A DNA stretch of 63,999 nt, counting the filler, from Porpidia crustulata (taxonomy: Eukaryota), in the NCBI GenBank assembly GCA_964255105.1. It is 8 parts of 8 records of this genome, joined end to end, with 100 filler letters (N's around TTAATTAATTAA, not from the genome) between each part and the next. Parts side by side here need not be neighbours in the genome. Positions count along the whole stretch, not along the records: positions 1 to 7,949 come from CAXUWE010001207.1; positions 8,050 to 15,998 come from CAXUWE010001208.1; 6 more parts are not named here. One strand, 5' to 3'. This document shows, in pieces, positions 1 to 13,324 of the stretch. A model generated the notes under the pieces. The model ran no database searches. It saw only the letters and a program-made list of their open reading frames with translations, and was not told the origin of the DNA. How positions within the stretch are numbered: position 1 is the first letter of the stretch; every line of letters starts with the position of its first letter. The position numbers were made by a program, and so were the translations under genes.

Positions 1-486
1 GGGATGCAGTGGAAAAATCATTGAGCGAAACCGGAGGAGGGCTCGGCTGTAGCTCGGCGATAAGACAAGGCTGATCGTCTCCTCCAGACTCACGATAACA
101 GATTAGATCTCTGCAGATACAGTTTCAAGGACTATGGATAATGGCGGATCAAGAGTAACTTTCAAAAGTCTTGTAAGCGGCTTATAGTGGCATTACTATT
201 ATCTAGTTAAATTCTCCACGTTTGCTGTGTAGAGCGTTACATTAGCCGATGCTGTGATGTGCTGGAAGCTTCAAGTCAGGAACCTATGCCCTGCATGACT
301 ATATTTGTGGGACCTCTGGCCCTATTGCAAGGGAGCGAGAAGCATTTCGGTGTGGAAGTGGGCCAGCCTGTCCATGCTGTCGTACTTCCTGTCTTTTGTG
401 GCCTGTAGATACTCCTCGAGATATGAGCTCAGTCACCCAATCCGAACTCCTTGCTCTTAAAACACGCAAATAATCCCTCTTTTGGC

Positions 487-2558
487 TCACCGTCGGATGG
501 TCCATGATCTCATAGCGACCCCGCATAGCCTCTGGATAACCTGATTGGTCCCTGTTCCGTTTGCTTCCTTCTCGATGAAATTCTTGGCCACAAAGAGTTT
601 GGTGCTTGCGTCTTGTTCATCATTGCTCGTTGGTTGTTGCAGGTTGTCTGGAAACTCTGCCATCCGCTGTCCAACATGCCGTGCCACCGCAATCGAGTAA
701 ATGACGTCTCGGTTTTCGCGACTGTCTAGGAGACTCCGCATGCTACTGAGGGTGTCGTCAATCGCTTTAGCTGAGCTAGCTTCATCATCGCGTATGGTTA
801 AAAATGTGTTGACCAGCCGCCAGAACTCGCGTTCGCGGTAATTCTGTTGATTCTCGAGCGCAGTGCCCTTGTTCGTCTGTTCCGTCGGCGGCAGTGGCTC
901 AGTGTCGAGATAGTCTCCCGAGACAAGTTTCTCAAAGTCATCTATTCTCGCTGCCGCAGCTTCTATATCGTCATCCACTTCGGGGTGATCGGCTTGACCA
1001 TTGGTGACATCTGCCGTAATAGCAACCTGACGACACAGACCCATCATGGACCATACGAAGCTAGCCTCGAGACTCCTTGTGGCAGCGACGTATTGATCAT
1101 AGTTTGGAATATTTTGTTGGACTTGGAACCTCTGCATGAGGACGTGAAAATGCGTACATAAGATGCTGTCTTTCAGTAGATGGTCTAATCCCTTCAACCG
1201 AAACCATTTGGTTTCTAGAAACTTGTCCAGTCCAGGCGCATAAGAAACGGCGTAAGCGGTCTTGATGGTCTCGTAATCCAGTGGACCTACTGATGGCGGT
1301 GGTGGAGGTGGGGGCGCAGGGACGCCATTAAGGGCAAGCAAGTCATCGATCTTGGTCCTCTTCGCTGGAATGGTAGTATCAGTAATGCTTCATATTTTCG
1401 GTACTTCTTATTCGTAAATCCTCAAGGGTGATTTACCTCGGTGGTTTTGCCCTGACGCACTCGGCGGATAGGGACTGGCATTGTCTAAACTCCGCTTGAA
1501 GTCTTGTGCTCCTTCGTATGAGTTATGTACAGTCTGTATATGAGACGTGCCGGCTCCTTCAAGCGCTGGATCTATGGCGGCAGTGTAATCATAGGGCTCC
1601 GCTGATGAACCTTGTGAGCTTGTGCCGGCTGCATAGATTGGGGCAAAGGGTTGAGAACCTGCAGGTACATATCCTTGAGGAGGAGGTGGATAGGGCGACG
1701 TAGCCGCTGATGTGGCTTGCATGGAGGGCGCTGCGCTAGGAGCAGGTTGAATGGCAGCAGGTCCTGGTTGAGATTTGAAGACGGGGTCGTAGCCTAGGCA
1801 CTCCCTTTTGGATTTCTGACAGTTTCGACAAGCTGGATGGGCTTCATCGCACTAAGCGAAACCGCAAAGGATAGTCAGCAAGGGCTCAAAGTTTTGATGA
1901 TTTTGAATGCGCATTGTCACTCGATGATGAGGGAGCGTTGTGACACTCGCTTGAGAGCGGGACTTAACCGATCGCAAACGAAGAACGAAACTCGGTAAAT
2001 GCTAAACGAATACAACTACAACTGCATCGCAGCTATGGCTCACGAGCTTTTTGTAGGGATGCGAATATAGGAAGGAGTTCTCCATGCCTTTATTCGACGT
2101 TTGCGACACGTCAGACAACCTGTCTTCGTTCTCCGCTTTATCTCCTTCTTGTGTCTCCCGCCGGACATGATCCTCCCATCGGTCGGCGGAAGTGGGTAGC
2201 GAAGAGGCTGATTTGGATCGGAAGTGACGTTCATGTGCTGCGGAGGAGGTGGCAGCGATTGGCCTTGATTGTGGTAGTATTGAGCCATCGGTGGCGGCAG
2301 GGCAGATCCCACCGGAGTCTGGCCGGCCTGCTGCTGTTGCGATGGTTGCTGTTCTCGCCCGTCGATGGCACGGATCGGAGGCAGATTGAGCGACGGCAGC
2401 GACACGTTTGATCCGGTCGGCGACGCGCGATATGGTTCGGAGCCCTGGCCTTGTGTCGGTGGTGGATACGCGTAGGCGGACATGGACGGAGATGGGTATG
2501 AGTGCGGCGAGGGATACGAAGTCGACGGACGCGATTGGTTGCTGTTCTGTTGTGACAT
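487..2558 (-). CDS. Zn(II)2Cys6 transcription factor (Moc3/Wor2-like N-terminal cluster), 3 exons: 2558-2088, 1851-1437, 1364-487
   Basis: Splicing joins KRRTKTGCLTCRKRRIK to CDEAHPACRNCQKSKRECLGYD, giving a complete six-Cys cluster. Pro/Gln-rich N-terminus. Intron 1 has a GC donor and CTGAC branch; intron 2 is GTAAAT...CAG. Confidence 0.9.
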
Positions 2559-4787
2559 GTCCAACACATCCGTTGCAGTTGTTTGGCAAGAAGTTCAAGT
2601 CGACCGAGGGGTTTAGTGTTGCGTTCCGGGGAGGACAGGAACAATTCGAATGCCGCTGTGGCAGAGTACGGAATGGTGGCCTTAGTGAAAGTGGCGCGCG
2701 GATTCTAGAATTTGACTACCTCTGCCCTGCGCCAAAGAGATTATTTTGGATTTTGACAGAGCAGATCGCATCAAAGTCTGCGGCTCTGATCGACCTGTTG
2801 ACATGATCTTGCGTGCATTGAAAATTGGGGGCCGAATTTCACATCAACAACCCTCGACGGTGCAAGCGAGCGATTCACGATAGTTGTCAATACAGTTGTA
2901 TTGACTGTTATTTTTGATGAGGCGAGAAGGAAGATTACTACTATTAGTACTATAGGTGTATAGGTACGAATGAAGGAGATAGAGTATGAAACGTAAGGGA
3001 AGCCTTTCCGTTGCTGCTTCTTCTGGCACTAGCGCCTCTGCCTGAATCCCACTCAAGAATACTCATCGATACCAACGGTCCTTATACGCCTTCTTCCATC
3101 GATATCAGAATTCAATCAAGATACACAGATACGTCGAAATGCACATGTAGAGCCATGTCCTCATAGTCCTTAATTCGCTACCGAGGTTATTGTCTGTAAC
3201 GCTTTGGTTAGCGAGGATCTAGACATATTGACATGGTAAGCTCACCAAAATGATCAAGGAGGAGCTAAGATACAAGATATCACCATGATTGAGGCTAGTG
3301 TTCGTGCGAAGTATTTCCCTGTTTGAAATGGGCTAATCCACGTAACGAATAGCTGCTGCTTAGTCCTACGATTCATCTCGGCTCTGCTATGGATGATGAA
3401 CATGAGTGGGCATTCATTTGGAAGCTACAGACAGCCGCTACCGCTGCAAAGCACCTGCGACTGAGAGTGATCTGCTGATGGGAAACCGGGGACGGAACAT
3501 GGACCCTAGTAGGCTGGTGCTACAACACCCGTGAACATGTGGTTGGCATGTCTTCGGAGGCAGCCGATTGACATCTGCAGCGGTCGCAGGCATGGTGCAC
3601 TATTCGTGAACCTTGGCCGCGCATCTACGACGACATGGTAATGCGCGGTAAAGGCTCATGGCCCTGCGAATGGTCGTTGGGTCGCATGAAGTGGAAGCTA
3701 CAAAGAATCATTTAAAGCCAGACTAGGAGAACTCAAATTGGGCTTCGAGAAGGGGGAATGGAAGAAATGGAAGAAAAAGTCCGGAGGCGACCGTTATTCG
3801 CGCAAGCCACTCGATCTAAGACAAGCGAAGGGTGTTTGAACTACTACCTACGGATCAATAGGTAACTACCTGGCTCCTCATCAGCACCTGTATTGGTCGA
3901 TCAGACAGCATTACTCTCACATGCTGCATTGCATCACGTTGTATGTCGTGCAGCGTAACGAACGCGGGTAATCACTTCATAGATCGATGCATAATCACAG
4001 CGGCAAAATCATGATCGGTGGTGTTCCTACTGATGGTTTCCTCAACGTTCCGAAACGATGCTGCGGGCTGCTTGTTCGTAAAATATACATGAGGCTGCTA
4101 ATGTGTTTCATTGTCGCCGCGATACGAGGATGGTGATTGGTGAGGTCAGGGAACGCAACGTTCGGCGCACTTCGACGCATCGTCGTCTCCAAACGAGAGC
4201 TGCGGTGATGTCACTACATCGTCGATCGAGAGTATTTGCTGCTTCTGCAGTGCTGGATCCACATGCCCGTGTTGCCACAGCTTGCGTTTTCGTGCTCATC
4301 AACCAATATGCGAGGCATGGCTCTGGCAGCAGGACAATCTACTGTCGCTTCAGCTGATTGCTTTGATCGGCCAATCCCAAGCAACAATACTAAAACCCAT
4401 CTCTCGTATCAGCAATCCTTGTTAACAATAGTGGTCGGCTTTCCACAGCTGTCAAAGCAGCGCCACGGTGTAATTCTGCCATTTAATCTTCACCTGGAAC
4501 TCGATTTGTGATCGGATGCGACAGATAGATAGTGCTTTATGCCGTAGTCCGATTTTGGAAGCCATTCACTAACGGGATCTGAAGGCTTTTGTAGCGGATA
4601 TCCTTTGGGGGTTTGATGTTCTCCGAGACCCTTGTGAGCTGCGGATACCTTGGAGGGGACGCATGGCCTTCGGGTCAACGATCACACGGCCGTAGCGTCC
4701 ATGAAACGCCAAGATCAGGGGATCATCGTAGTGGGTAGATGAACCTTGATAGCGTGAAGAGGGGGGTCCTATCTAAGATTAGATAAC

Positions 4788-6961
4788 TCATGAGAGTGCG
4801 CCAGCCAAAACTGTCGTCCAATCAAATTTTCTCCATCGCTTGCGGAATCCCTCAGTCCTCTTGTCACCTCCTTTGCTCCATCGCCCTTGCTTCTTGATCA
4901 CGTTGGGCTCTATATCAAGCATACCGCCGATAATCTCTCTCGCGAACAAATCTCCTTTCGGCCATCGATTTGCGTCTTCGACTATATGGCCCAAGCCACC
5001 ATCGATTTCAAACCAGACATGAAAATATGGCATTTCTTTCACAAGCGTTTTGCGAAATGCCAATTTTCCAAGCCCTGCTTTGGCCTTTGCAAGGGTATCA
5101 ATGATCTTTTTGTGCTGCGTCCACTCCTCATCTGCTACAAGTATCGCTTCTTTGAAGAAGGCGGGCGCGGTTTCTCCAAGGCTGCACGGAAGCGGGACCG
5201 CTTCCATTGCAGCATGTTTCTTGCGCTGGGGTACGGCAGCGTTCTCATAAAAAACGACATTCCTACCTTGATCGTGATACATCCGAGTCAGACTTTTCAT
5301 GAAGTTCTGTGATTGTATTAGAAACGTATGATTTTAGGACAAGGACATGACGCACCCGAATCTCCTCCCATTCGTCGTCGTCGCACTCCAGAAGGTTACT
5401 TCGATGTTGAATAGGTATAATACATGCGCCACCCTCACTGATCTCGGGCTCGGTGGGTAGGGTCAGGAATACCCTAGTGGCTAAGGACACAACAGGTGCA
5501 ATCGGAGGTGTGTTCGTGTCTTCCTGGGAACAGAGTGGACAGTTGTTTAGAATACGGTTCATCTTTTCAAATTCCGATATGGCAATATTCTTCAAGTTGA
5601 TCTCAGACTTCTGGACACGTTTCGCCAACTTCGCGGCGTTATCGTCCAAGTACTCTAGACCGTTCTGTACATATAATCAGCGAGTGCGCTGGTACACTCA
5701 GGATGGTTTAACTCACATCGAATTTTCCGTCCTTCGCTATCCTTTCCGCAAAGCGTTGTCCATCGCCGCCAGCTTGATTTCTTGTTTGTCGCTCTTCTCG
5801 AACCATGTCTTCGATGCTCATGTCCTCGTTCTCCTCAACCAAGCCTCTCTCTCGCCCGCGTTTATTGTCAACGGTTTTGACCTGTCCCCTTCGCCCACCA
5901 GCTAACATCCTATCCTCCATAGCGCCAAGCACGACTATTTCATTTTCTTTGCGACTGCTAAAAGAGATCAAGGCACGGTCGTAATCTGCTTCTAGAGCAA
6001 CAGCATCCGGAGACCCAAGTAGCTTCGCTTTCAGCATTTGTGCCTTGAGTCGATTTAATGCCGTGCGATCCATTGATACATTTGTGTTTGGTGAGAGCTT
6101 CCTTTGCATAGCAGTTGGAAATTCTTCTACATGTGCATTTTCGTCTTGGTAAGAGGATGATTGAACACTCTGCACGCCAGCCTTGACTTTCCGCTCATGG
6201 AACAGATCTCCACTTGGTTTATCTTTACCTACATAACCTTCACCGTAAGTAGACCTCCGCTCAAGTTCTACCTGCTCCTCTCTAGCTTCATCAAATGCCC
6301 TCAAATCTCCAAACCGCTCTGTGGCTATGTCCTCTACCGACCGCTTGGTTTCATTGGCTTGGTTGAAAACTGCCTTGAGTTTAGTCATCCTCCATTGAGA
6401 TCCAGCATCGCCAAATTTGTAATCAACCTCCTGCTGAGTAGATTCATTGGTAATTTCGTCAAGAATATCGACGCCATCTGCTATTTTCTGTAAGTGGTGT
6501 TTATTGAGTTCATTTCCATGAATTTTGAGCTTGAAGTCGGCTTTAGGAGAATTAGAAATAGTCGTTTTAGGAGGCTTTTTGTATCCTTTCTGGGTATAAT
6601 CGATTTCGGAAGTAGACGGGGCCTCCATCCATGAGTCTCTCGTCAATTCTGCCTGGGCACTAGTATTCTTAGTCTCCCCATTCACGCTGATGAGAGCTGC
6701 ATCCTGTTCGGCCCATGCTTCCTTGTTGACGCTCTGAACTCGACGCGCTTCATACTTATGTCTCTCCTCGTGGGCATGAGAACCATGGCTTCTTGAGTAC
6801 CTGCGTCGCTTGTGTCTGCGCTCGTCTTTTGCGTCGTTGTGATGGTGTCTATGATGATGTTTAGAGCGCTTCCTGCTCTCGTCAGAATTTTCGCTAGCCT
6901 TCCGATGGTTTCCAGCGTTATCGGTCTTTGTCAACGACCTCTCGAAGTCCTCAAGGGTCAT
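4788..6961 (-). CDS. cwf19: Cwf19/CWF19L2-type spliceosome-associated protein with CwfJ C-terminal domains (3 exons)
   Basis: ORFs 5708-6961, 5263-5649 and 4788-5300 join through GT-AG introns. Motifs FGDAGSQWRMTKL, CPLC, IIPIQHRSNLLECDDDEWEEIR, PYFHVWFEIDGGLGHIVED, W..FDWT. Confidence 0.92.
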
Positions 6962-7232
6962 AATTATGGATCACCCCTTTCCAGCTATCTTGGTGAGATG
7001 CTTGAAAACGAGGGCCTGTTAGTGCAAGGGTGATAACCTCTTCCTCTCGGCGTTATACCTATACCCTAGTCCGGGGCGCTAATGTGCCGCTACTTAACGT
7101 ACTAACCTTACCCGCTACCATGCTAGCGCCTTGCTATCGCTTCCGCAATATAAATGGATTGTGTGGACCGTTAGATCTAGAAGCAATAGATCAAACACCA
7201 ACGTGGATTATCATTTTTCAAAGAGAATCGTC

Positions 7233-7949
7233 ATGGCCTCTGTACCAGTAGCGATTGTTTGTGTTGGTATGGCCGGTGAGCTGCAGCATTTTTCCAAGTT
7301 CTCCTTGGCAAAGGCTGATTCTTTGTGCTTTCTCAGGCTCGGGAAAGACTACGTTCATGCAAAGGATCAACTCCCATCTGCACTCACAGCGTGAGGCGCC
7401 ATATGTGATCAATCTAGATCCTGCTGTGCGGAATGTCCCATTTGACAGCAACATTGACATTAGAGATTCGCTGAATTATAAAGAGGTCATGAGAGAATAT
7501 AACCTTGGGCCTAATGGCGGCATTTTGACTTCTTTAAATATTTTTGCAACCAAAATTGACCAGGTTATGAGTATCTTAGAGAAGCGTACAACTTCAAGTT
7601 CAGAGTCTCCCAATGCTAAGCCAATTAAGAATATCATCGTTGATACTCCTGGACAAATAGAAGTTTTTGTGTGGAGCGCCTCAGGGAGCATATTGCTTGA
7701 CTCACTGGCTTCTACATTTCCTACAGTCATTGCATACATCATTGATACACCACGAACTAGCTCAACTAGCACGTTCATGAGCAATATGCTTTACGCCTGC
7801 AGTATTCTTTATAAAACAAAACTGCCGATGATTTTAGTATTCAACAAAACGGATGTCAAAGATGCAGGGTTCGCAAAGGAGTGGATGACCGACTTTGAGG
7901 CCTTTCAGGCTGCCCTGAAAGAGGAAGAAGATAACGCCAGTGGCGCTGA
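7233..7949 (+). CDS. NPA3: GPN-loop GTPase 1 (Npa3/GPN1), 3' end truncated by contig end
   Basis: After removing intron 7276-7336 it reads [21 protein letters not shown]. Motifs [31 protein letters not shown]. Confidence 0.95.
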
Positions 7950-8049
7950 NNNNNNNNNNNNNNNNNNNNNNNNNNNNNNNNNNNNNNNNNNNNTTAATTA
8001 ATTAANNNNNNNNNNNNNNNNNNNNNNNNNNNNNNNNNNNNNNNNNNNN
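7950..8049. other. Artificial contig spacer (44 N + TTAATTAATTAA + 44 N)
   Basis: N run with a six-frame stop linker; identical 100-nt structure occurs seven times. Confidence 0.99.
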
Positions 8050-8546
8050 GAGGGGGATGGTGGTCGCGTTTTGGTATGTTGGTCTGGTAATTGGGACGGG
8101 ACGGCTGGGTTCGATAGGGTATGGGGAGGGAAAGTGTGGGATCATGGGTTGATGGGAGAACAGGTCACCGCATTCGCCTGAAAAAATGGTGATTAAGAGG
8201 ATTATTGCAATGGAAGGCGATACGGTCGTTACAAAAAGCCCATATCCATTTCCACAAGAAACCGTGCCTGTAGGCCATGTATGGGTTGAGGGGGAGCATC
8301 CGGAAGGGAGCAGACACAGTAATGATAGTAACTTATATGGCCCAGTACGTTTCCTTCTACAGTGCTGAGAATGCAAAAGGTGAAACTAAATCCATACAGA
8401 TAGCGAAGAGCCTACTGGCAGGGCAAGTTAGGGCGGTTGTTCTGCCTTGGGCAAGAGCTGGGAGGATCAGGTGGCAAGATCACAGGGGAAGTCCTAGGGT
8501 CATTGAGAGTAGAATAGATGAAGCAGCTGTAATTAAGTATTCTTAA
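8050..8546 (+). CDS. IMP2: Mitochondrial inner membrane peptidase subunit (S26, Imp2-like), 5' truncated
   Basis: Spliced reading [27 protein letters not shown]...[12 protein letters not shown]...[17 protein letters not shown], with the catalytic KR box and two GT-AG introns. Imp1 versus Imp2 is a judgement. Confidence 0.8.
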
Positions 8547-8729
8547 TGGTGTATGACTGCGCCTGTGAGTCTTTTAAAGCTGGAGCCCATGACAGCTCTC
8601 CGATGCAGCCATACGAGTCCATATCCAGAAAGATTAGGTATGATTCTCCATGCCCATCCACTTGATAACCTTTCTATCGAGACCAAACCACCGACGCCTC
8701 GCTGAAACCGAATTGTGAATCAAGATGTC

Positions 8730-11700
8730 CTAGGTCTTCGGCAAGACTCGAATCTCCTCCACCTGTTGCAAACGCTCTATCTCCATGCCGATATTCATCA
8801 CCCAATGATCCCGTTCAGCCCGACTTCGAGTCTTGAATACAATGGATCGACCGGCTACGCCAAGCTGAGAAACGTAGCGCAGACGTTGTCTGGTTTTGCC
8901 CTCGTCTCCATGTTCCTTAGCTCTAAAGAGCGACTTGTTCCGCGGCTGCCAGATCACGAAGCAGGTCATCGTGTCTTCATCAGTCGACGTCCAGCCATCT
9001 TCGAGATAGACTCTAGGAAGGACTTGGTGGCCAGGGTGATTGCTATCAAAAGTTTGATTCTGATAGAGCAAATCACCTTCAGTGACAAGGCCGCTGTATA
9101 TATAGCATTCTTTGAGCTCAATGGCCGCCACACGCTCATGCTGGATATGAGGTACCTCTTTACCCGTTCGCTCTCGAAGAGTTCCCTTGAAAACCAAAAG
9201 CTGGCCATGGCAGAGGATTACACAACAACGTAGGAACGTAGTGTGCCGCTTCGGCTTACGATAGAGAATCCCTGACATCTGTTCCTAACATCAGCCGGGG
9301 TTCTTCTAACAGTCAAGGTTGACTTACTGTGATAGCCCGGCAGCAAGAAATACCGCACATGTTGAAAAGCTCTGGGGAAGCAACGGATCTCGTGACCTCC
9401 CACTTCTCTCCGAATTGACCAATATAGGATTCCATCTCTTCATTGATTTCTAAGCTTCTAAGATTCGCATTACGAACTTGCTTAAATACGTTCATATGAT
9501 CTGCAATACGAAGCTTCCAGTATCGAACGAGGTTACCGAGACGTGTCACCCACTCGTTTTTGGTCACTTCGTCGTACGCTTGCAACCTTATCATGAGACC
9601 ATTCTTTAGGACGAGCTCGAATGTGCGCTTATTGTCAAATTGTCCAGTCTTGCCATCGTCTCGTCTGGTATCACTGACATCCTGGTGGAAATCTACATCA
9701 GGCCCTTGTGCAACATTAGGATCAGCGGGTGAATTTCCCCTGCGAGCGTTCTGGATCCGGATAACATGGCTCAAGTTGATATAACCTTCAGCTTGCAACA
9801 TTGAGTTGACTGTACGCTCTGCTTCTTTGTATGCCTCTTCGTCATGTCTACGTTTAGTAACATAATTCCCGGTTTTAATCCATTCAACCTCGCCCTCTTT
9901 AGCTGGGTATGGGTTGACTGCAAAAATGAGCGGGGTTTTTTCGACTATCTGACTTGCGCTTGGCATCTTTGTATGCTTAGACAATGGCATTTTTGGTGGC
10001 GGTGGAGGCGTTGCCTCTGCTGGTCTGCAATAACACAAGAATTGATTATGAGTTGTAAAATACAATCTTTTGAAGTACATCTTGCCAAATCGCTGCATAC
10101 GTCCTCTCTGCGAGGTGAGGCGTATTAAGAAACCTTCAACAGGCGCAGGCTCCTCCAAAGGTTCGTGGTCCTTGATCTTTGAGTGCGTTGGATAGTGGTG
10201 CTTCGGGAGCAGCGTTAGATCATGCGACTTTTGCATAGCAATCGTGCCATACATCCTCTGTTCGTTGGCACCGTGTACCCATTCCAGTCGATCATATCTC
10301 TTCCACGCCAACCCCATTCTCTCATTCTTGAGCCAAGCTTCGAGTACGTCAGCCCATTCTGCTGAATTCTTCAATCTCTCCATGCATCGCTGTATAATGA
10401 CTCCAGCGATTGCCCTTTCAGCTTCCATGATTCTAAGGAGAGTCGCGTCATCTACTTCATCTGTGCGGATTGCTTTCCTGGATGCTTCAAGCTCACTAAA
10501 GGGGTCCTCTAGTTGCAAGGTGATACTAAGATCCGGCACATGAACCTCTAAAGATGAAGAACGAGCCAGACCGAGTGTATTGCGTATGAAGGTATACCAC
10601 TCCATCGCACTGGCTGCTGATCGAGTCCGCAAGATATAAATCCTCTTACCCATTTTCCACGGGACCCAAAGTACCAAGGTCTTATCTAGCGATGAATACA
10701 GGTTCACATGTGTAGTCACACGCGCCAATGGTATTTCATGAGTGGCGTGCTTTTTGACTCGAGGTTGCTCCACTGCAGGTATCACTCTCGATTTATACAT
10801 CTGAATTGAGTAATCTGCTTTTTCACCTGCACTTCGTCGACAGACAACGATGAACTCCCTCCAAGCTTCCACAGTCCGGGCATCTATCTTTTGACTGTCG
10901 TTCTCATCATAACTATCTTCCATATTACTTATTGTTGCATCAACTCGAACAAGCATCTTCTCCATCTTGACTATTTCACCTGATTGAGGCGAATGACGTC
11001 GGATCTGTTTCCATGATTTATGGCGAGATCCATCCGCAAGCAACGTTCTCAAACGGTCTTCTGTGGAAAACGTCTTATTGGGTAGATTAAATCTGACTAG
11101 ACCAGAATTGACTTGCTTCAACCTCCCAAGTCGTGCCTCATCAGGACTTGGTTCTAAAGAAACCTCTGCATCTTCGAGAAGTGGACGACTGGATGAATTC
11201 CTTGCTGGTATGTCAGGAGAAGGGGTTTTCTGACCCAGACGATCCCCAGCTTTAATAAGAGAAGTCGTGGAAGCCGTGGCTTCGCTTGGCAAACTTGAAT
11301 TGGGATTTATAGGAGAAGGCTGAGGGCTCTGACTTGGCGTATAAGGTAGCTTCACAGGATCTTCACCGACTGGTCTAATAGTGGGCGGGGGCTCTTTGTG
11401 GTCACGAGCAGTCACAAAGGAAGCAGGTTTAGGACCATGAAACGTATCCGGCGATGCCAGTCTCCGCTTAAAAGTCTTACGCGGTTTTGTAGGAGCTGTG
11501 ACATATGAAGAAGCATCGTGAGTCGTGCCAGAACCTATGGAGCCCAGTCTTTGCTTGAATTTCGGACGCAGCTTTATCTGCGCCTTGGGGGACCCTGGCC
11601 GCTTTGTCAATTCCTCATGCTCTGCCACCTCTTCAGTTCCATCCTCCTGAACGGCACCACGAGCTAGAGTTTCGTCCTCATCGACAACATCTACATCGTC

Positions 11701-12071
11701 AGGCTGCGGGAAACTCTGTCCATGGATAGCGGTCGCCAACGGACCGTCAAGGCCTGTACATTGCCTCTGGTGGGAAGTATCTGTACCGGCTGAGAAAGTT
11801 GCAGCCCTTGATGAGTAGCTCGACGAATTGATGTACCGCTTGTACCACGATTTACGGTGGCTGTTCAACCAGCCCTTCGGAATTGGGCCAACGAAGCATC
11901 TCCGGGTGGTGAGATGGAGATGTTGAGGAGTAGCATGTTGCTACCATATATATTAGTCATTATTGTCATGATTGTAATTGATACTCATACTAGGCGAAGT
12001 GCAGTATAACATCCTGGATCAAGACCATAGGTCTTCAGAGACCCCACATCTGGATCTAGCTCCGAAGTCAT
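8730..12071 (-). CDS. SPO71: Spo71/Mug56-family multi-PH-domain prospore membrane protein (3 exons)
   Basis: N-terminal YTALRL/QHATPQHLHLTTRRCFVGPIP motif, LAWKRYDRLEW, EPAPVEGFLIRLT, and C-terminal IVFKTRSRAERDHWV. ORFs 9313-11868 and 8730-9278 plus a short first exon from ATG 12071. Confidence 0.88.
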
Positions 12072-12650
12072 TTAAATAACATGAGCCCACAGGGGAGAAA
12101 AGAATGTACAAAGAATTAAAATAATAATGTGAATACGCACTCTGGAAAGCTTGGATTCGCTCAAGCTCGGTGGCAGGGTGGCAGGTCGCCAATCTGTCCG
12201 CCAATGACGCGCATTGAGTTGTGGGTGGAAGCTCACTCTCCTTATCTTATCTTGATTAAGGTTTCTGAGCCCTAACCTCAACCGTAACCCTGAGATACTC
12301 TTTGTAGATCGTGGGAACATAAAAGGCAAGATGCTTTTCAACATGACTATGTATTGAAATCACCCAAGTGTTACTTTGCTTAGACAGATGCAAAGCGCCT
12401 TCACCATCTAGAAATCAAGTCTTGCGAACAGCACGGGAATGTCCAAGACGCAAAATTTTGTCGAATCTCAAAGAGGCTCATTTCACTCCACAAATCATAA
12501 GCTTTGAAGATGGAGAACGGCGTTGATACGCGAGGAAAACATCGTTGGAATAAGAACTTGTTTCCTTTCACAATAGCGGTATGAAATAAATATATACAGC
12601 TCCCAAACCCCATTCCTATAGAACATCCATTCGGGGGCTACCACGGGTAT

Positions 12651-13324
12651 TTAACAGCCACTTGGCTCAATATCAATGGCGAGGTTCGGCGAGCTCTGAG
12701 GTGACAGTCAGCATGTACTCGTCGGTAATGCGTAGTAGTTGAATGAACGCATACCGTGGTCCAAGTGGTACCAGTTAGAGCCTGATACGACTTGTAATCA
12801 ATATCCAAGGAATTTCCAGCACCACACCTCTCCGCGGCTGGTATTTCGGTCTTGCAGTAATTGTACGCGCTAACGGACGGGCAGCTGTCAATAATCTGAA
12901 CAGTGACGGACTTCCCAATCCCCCCAATGGAAGCACCTCCATATCCACCCCGGTTTGTAACCTTGTAGCAGGTGCCACAGTTGCCTTTGGGGCACGCGGG
13001 ACCTTGGTAACCTGAGACAACGCCCTGGCCATTGCATCTGGACCAGTCGATGGACGAGTAGCAAAGTCCTGCAGAGATATCTGGGGAAATATCGCCGGCT
13101 GCAGCACCATATGTGCTACCAGTACCTAAAGATCATAAGTATGTCCTTGAACCACTCCATCCATGTGGGTTCGACCAACCTGTTAAAGGACCACACACAG
13201 TCTGTCCCTGCTTGATATAATCATTGAAAGTCGCCGTTCCTGAAAATTTGGCGCGCGGCGCGAGTGTATTGGGAAAAGCAGCAACGACGCCAGCAAGTGC
13301 GAGAAGTAGTATTTGGAAGTGCAT
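12651..13324 (-). CDS. Small secreted Cys-rich DPBB (expansin/loosenin/GH45-like) protein, 186 aa; exons 13324-13180, 13125-12755, 12695-12651
   Basis: Signal peptide MHFQILLLALAGVVAA. Spliced frame gives GTATF..VCG, YGAAAGD, CGTCYKVT, SVTVQIIDSCP, NYC, SLDID and ends IEPSGC*. 10 Cys; canonical introns. Confidence 0.82.

Noticed and set aside
2600..4780. Short ORFs in the long region upstream of the Zn2Cys6 gene
   Set aside because: No recognisable motifs or consistent exon chain; probably extended regulatory DNA.
7994..8005. TTAATTAATTAA recurring every ~8 kb as a periodic element
   Set aside because: It is a synthetic six-frame stop linker inside N runs.
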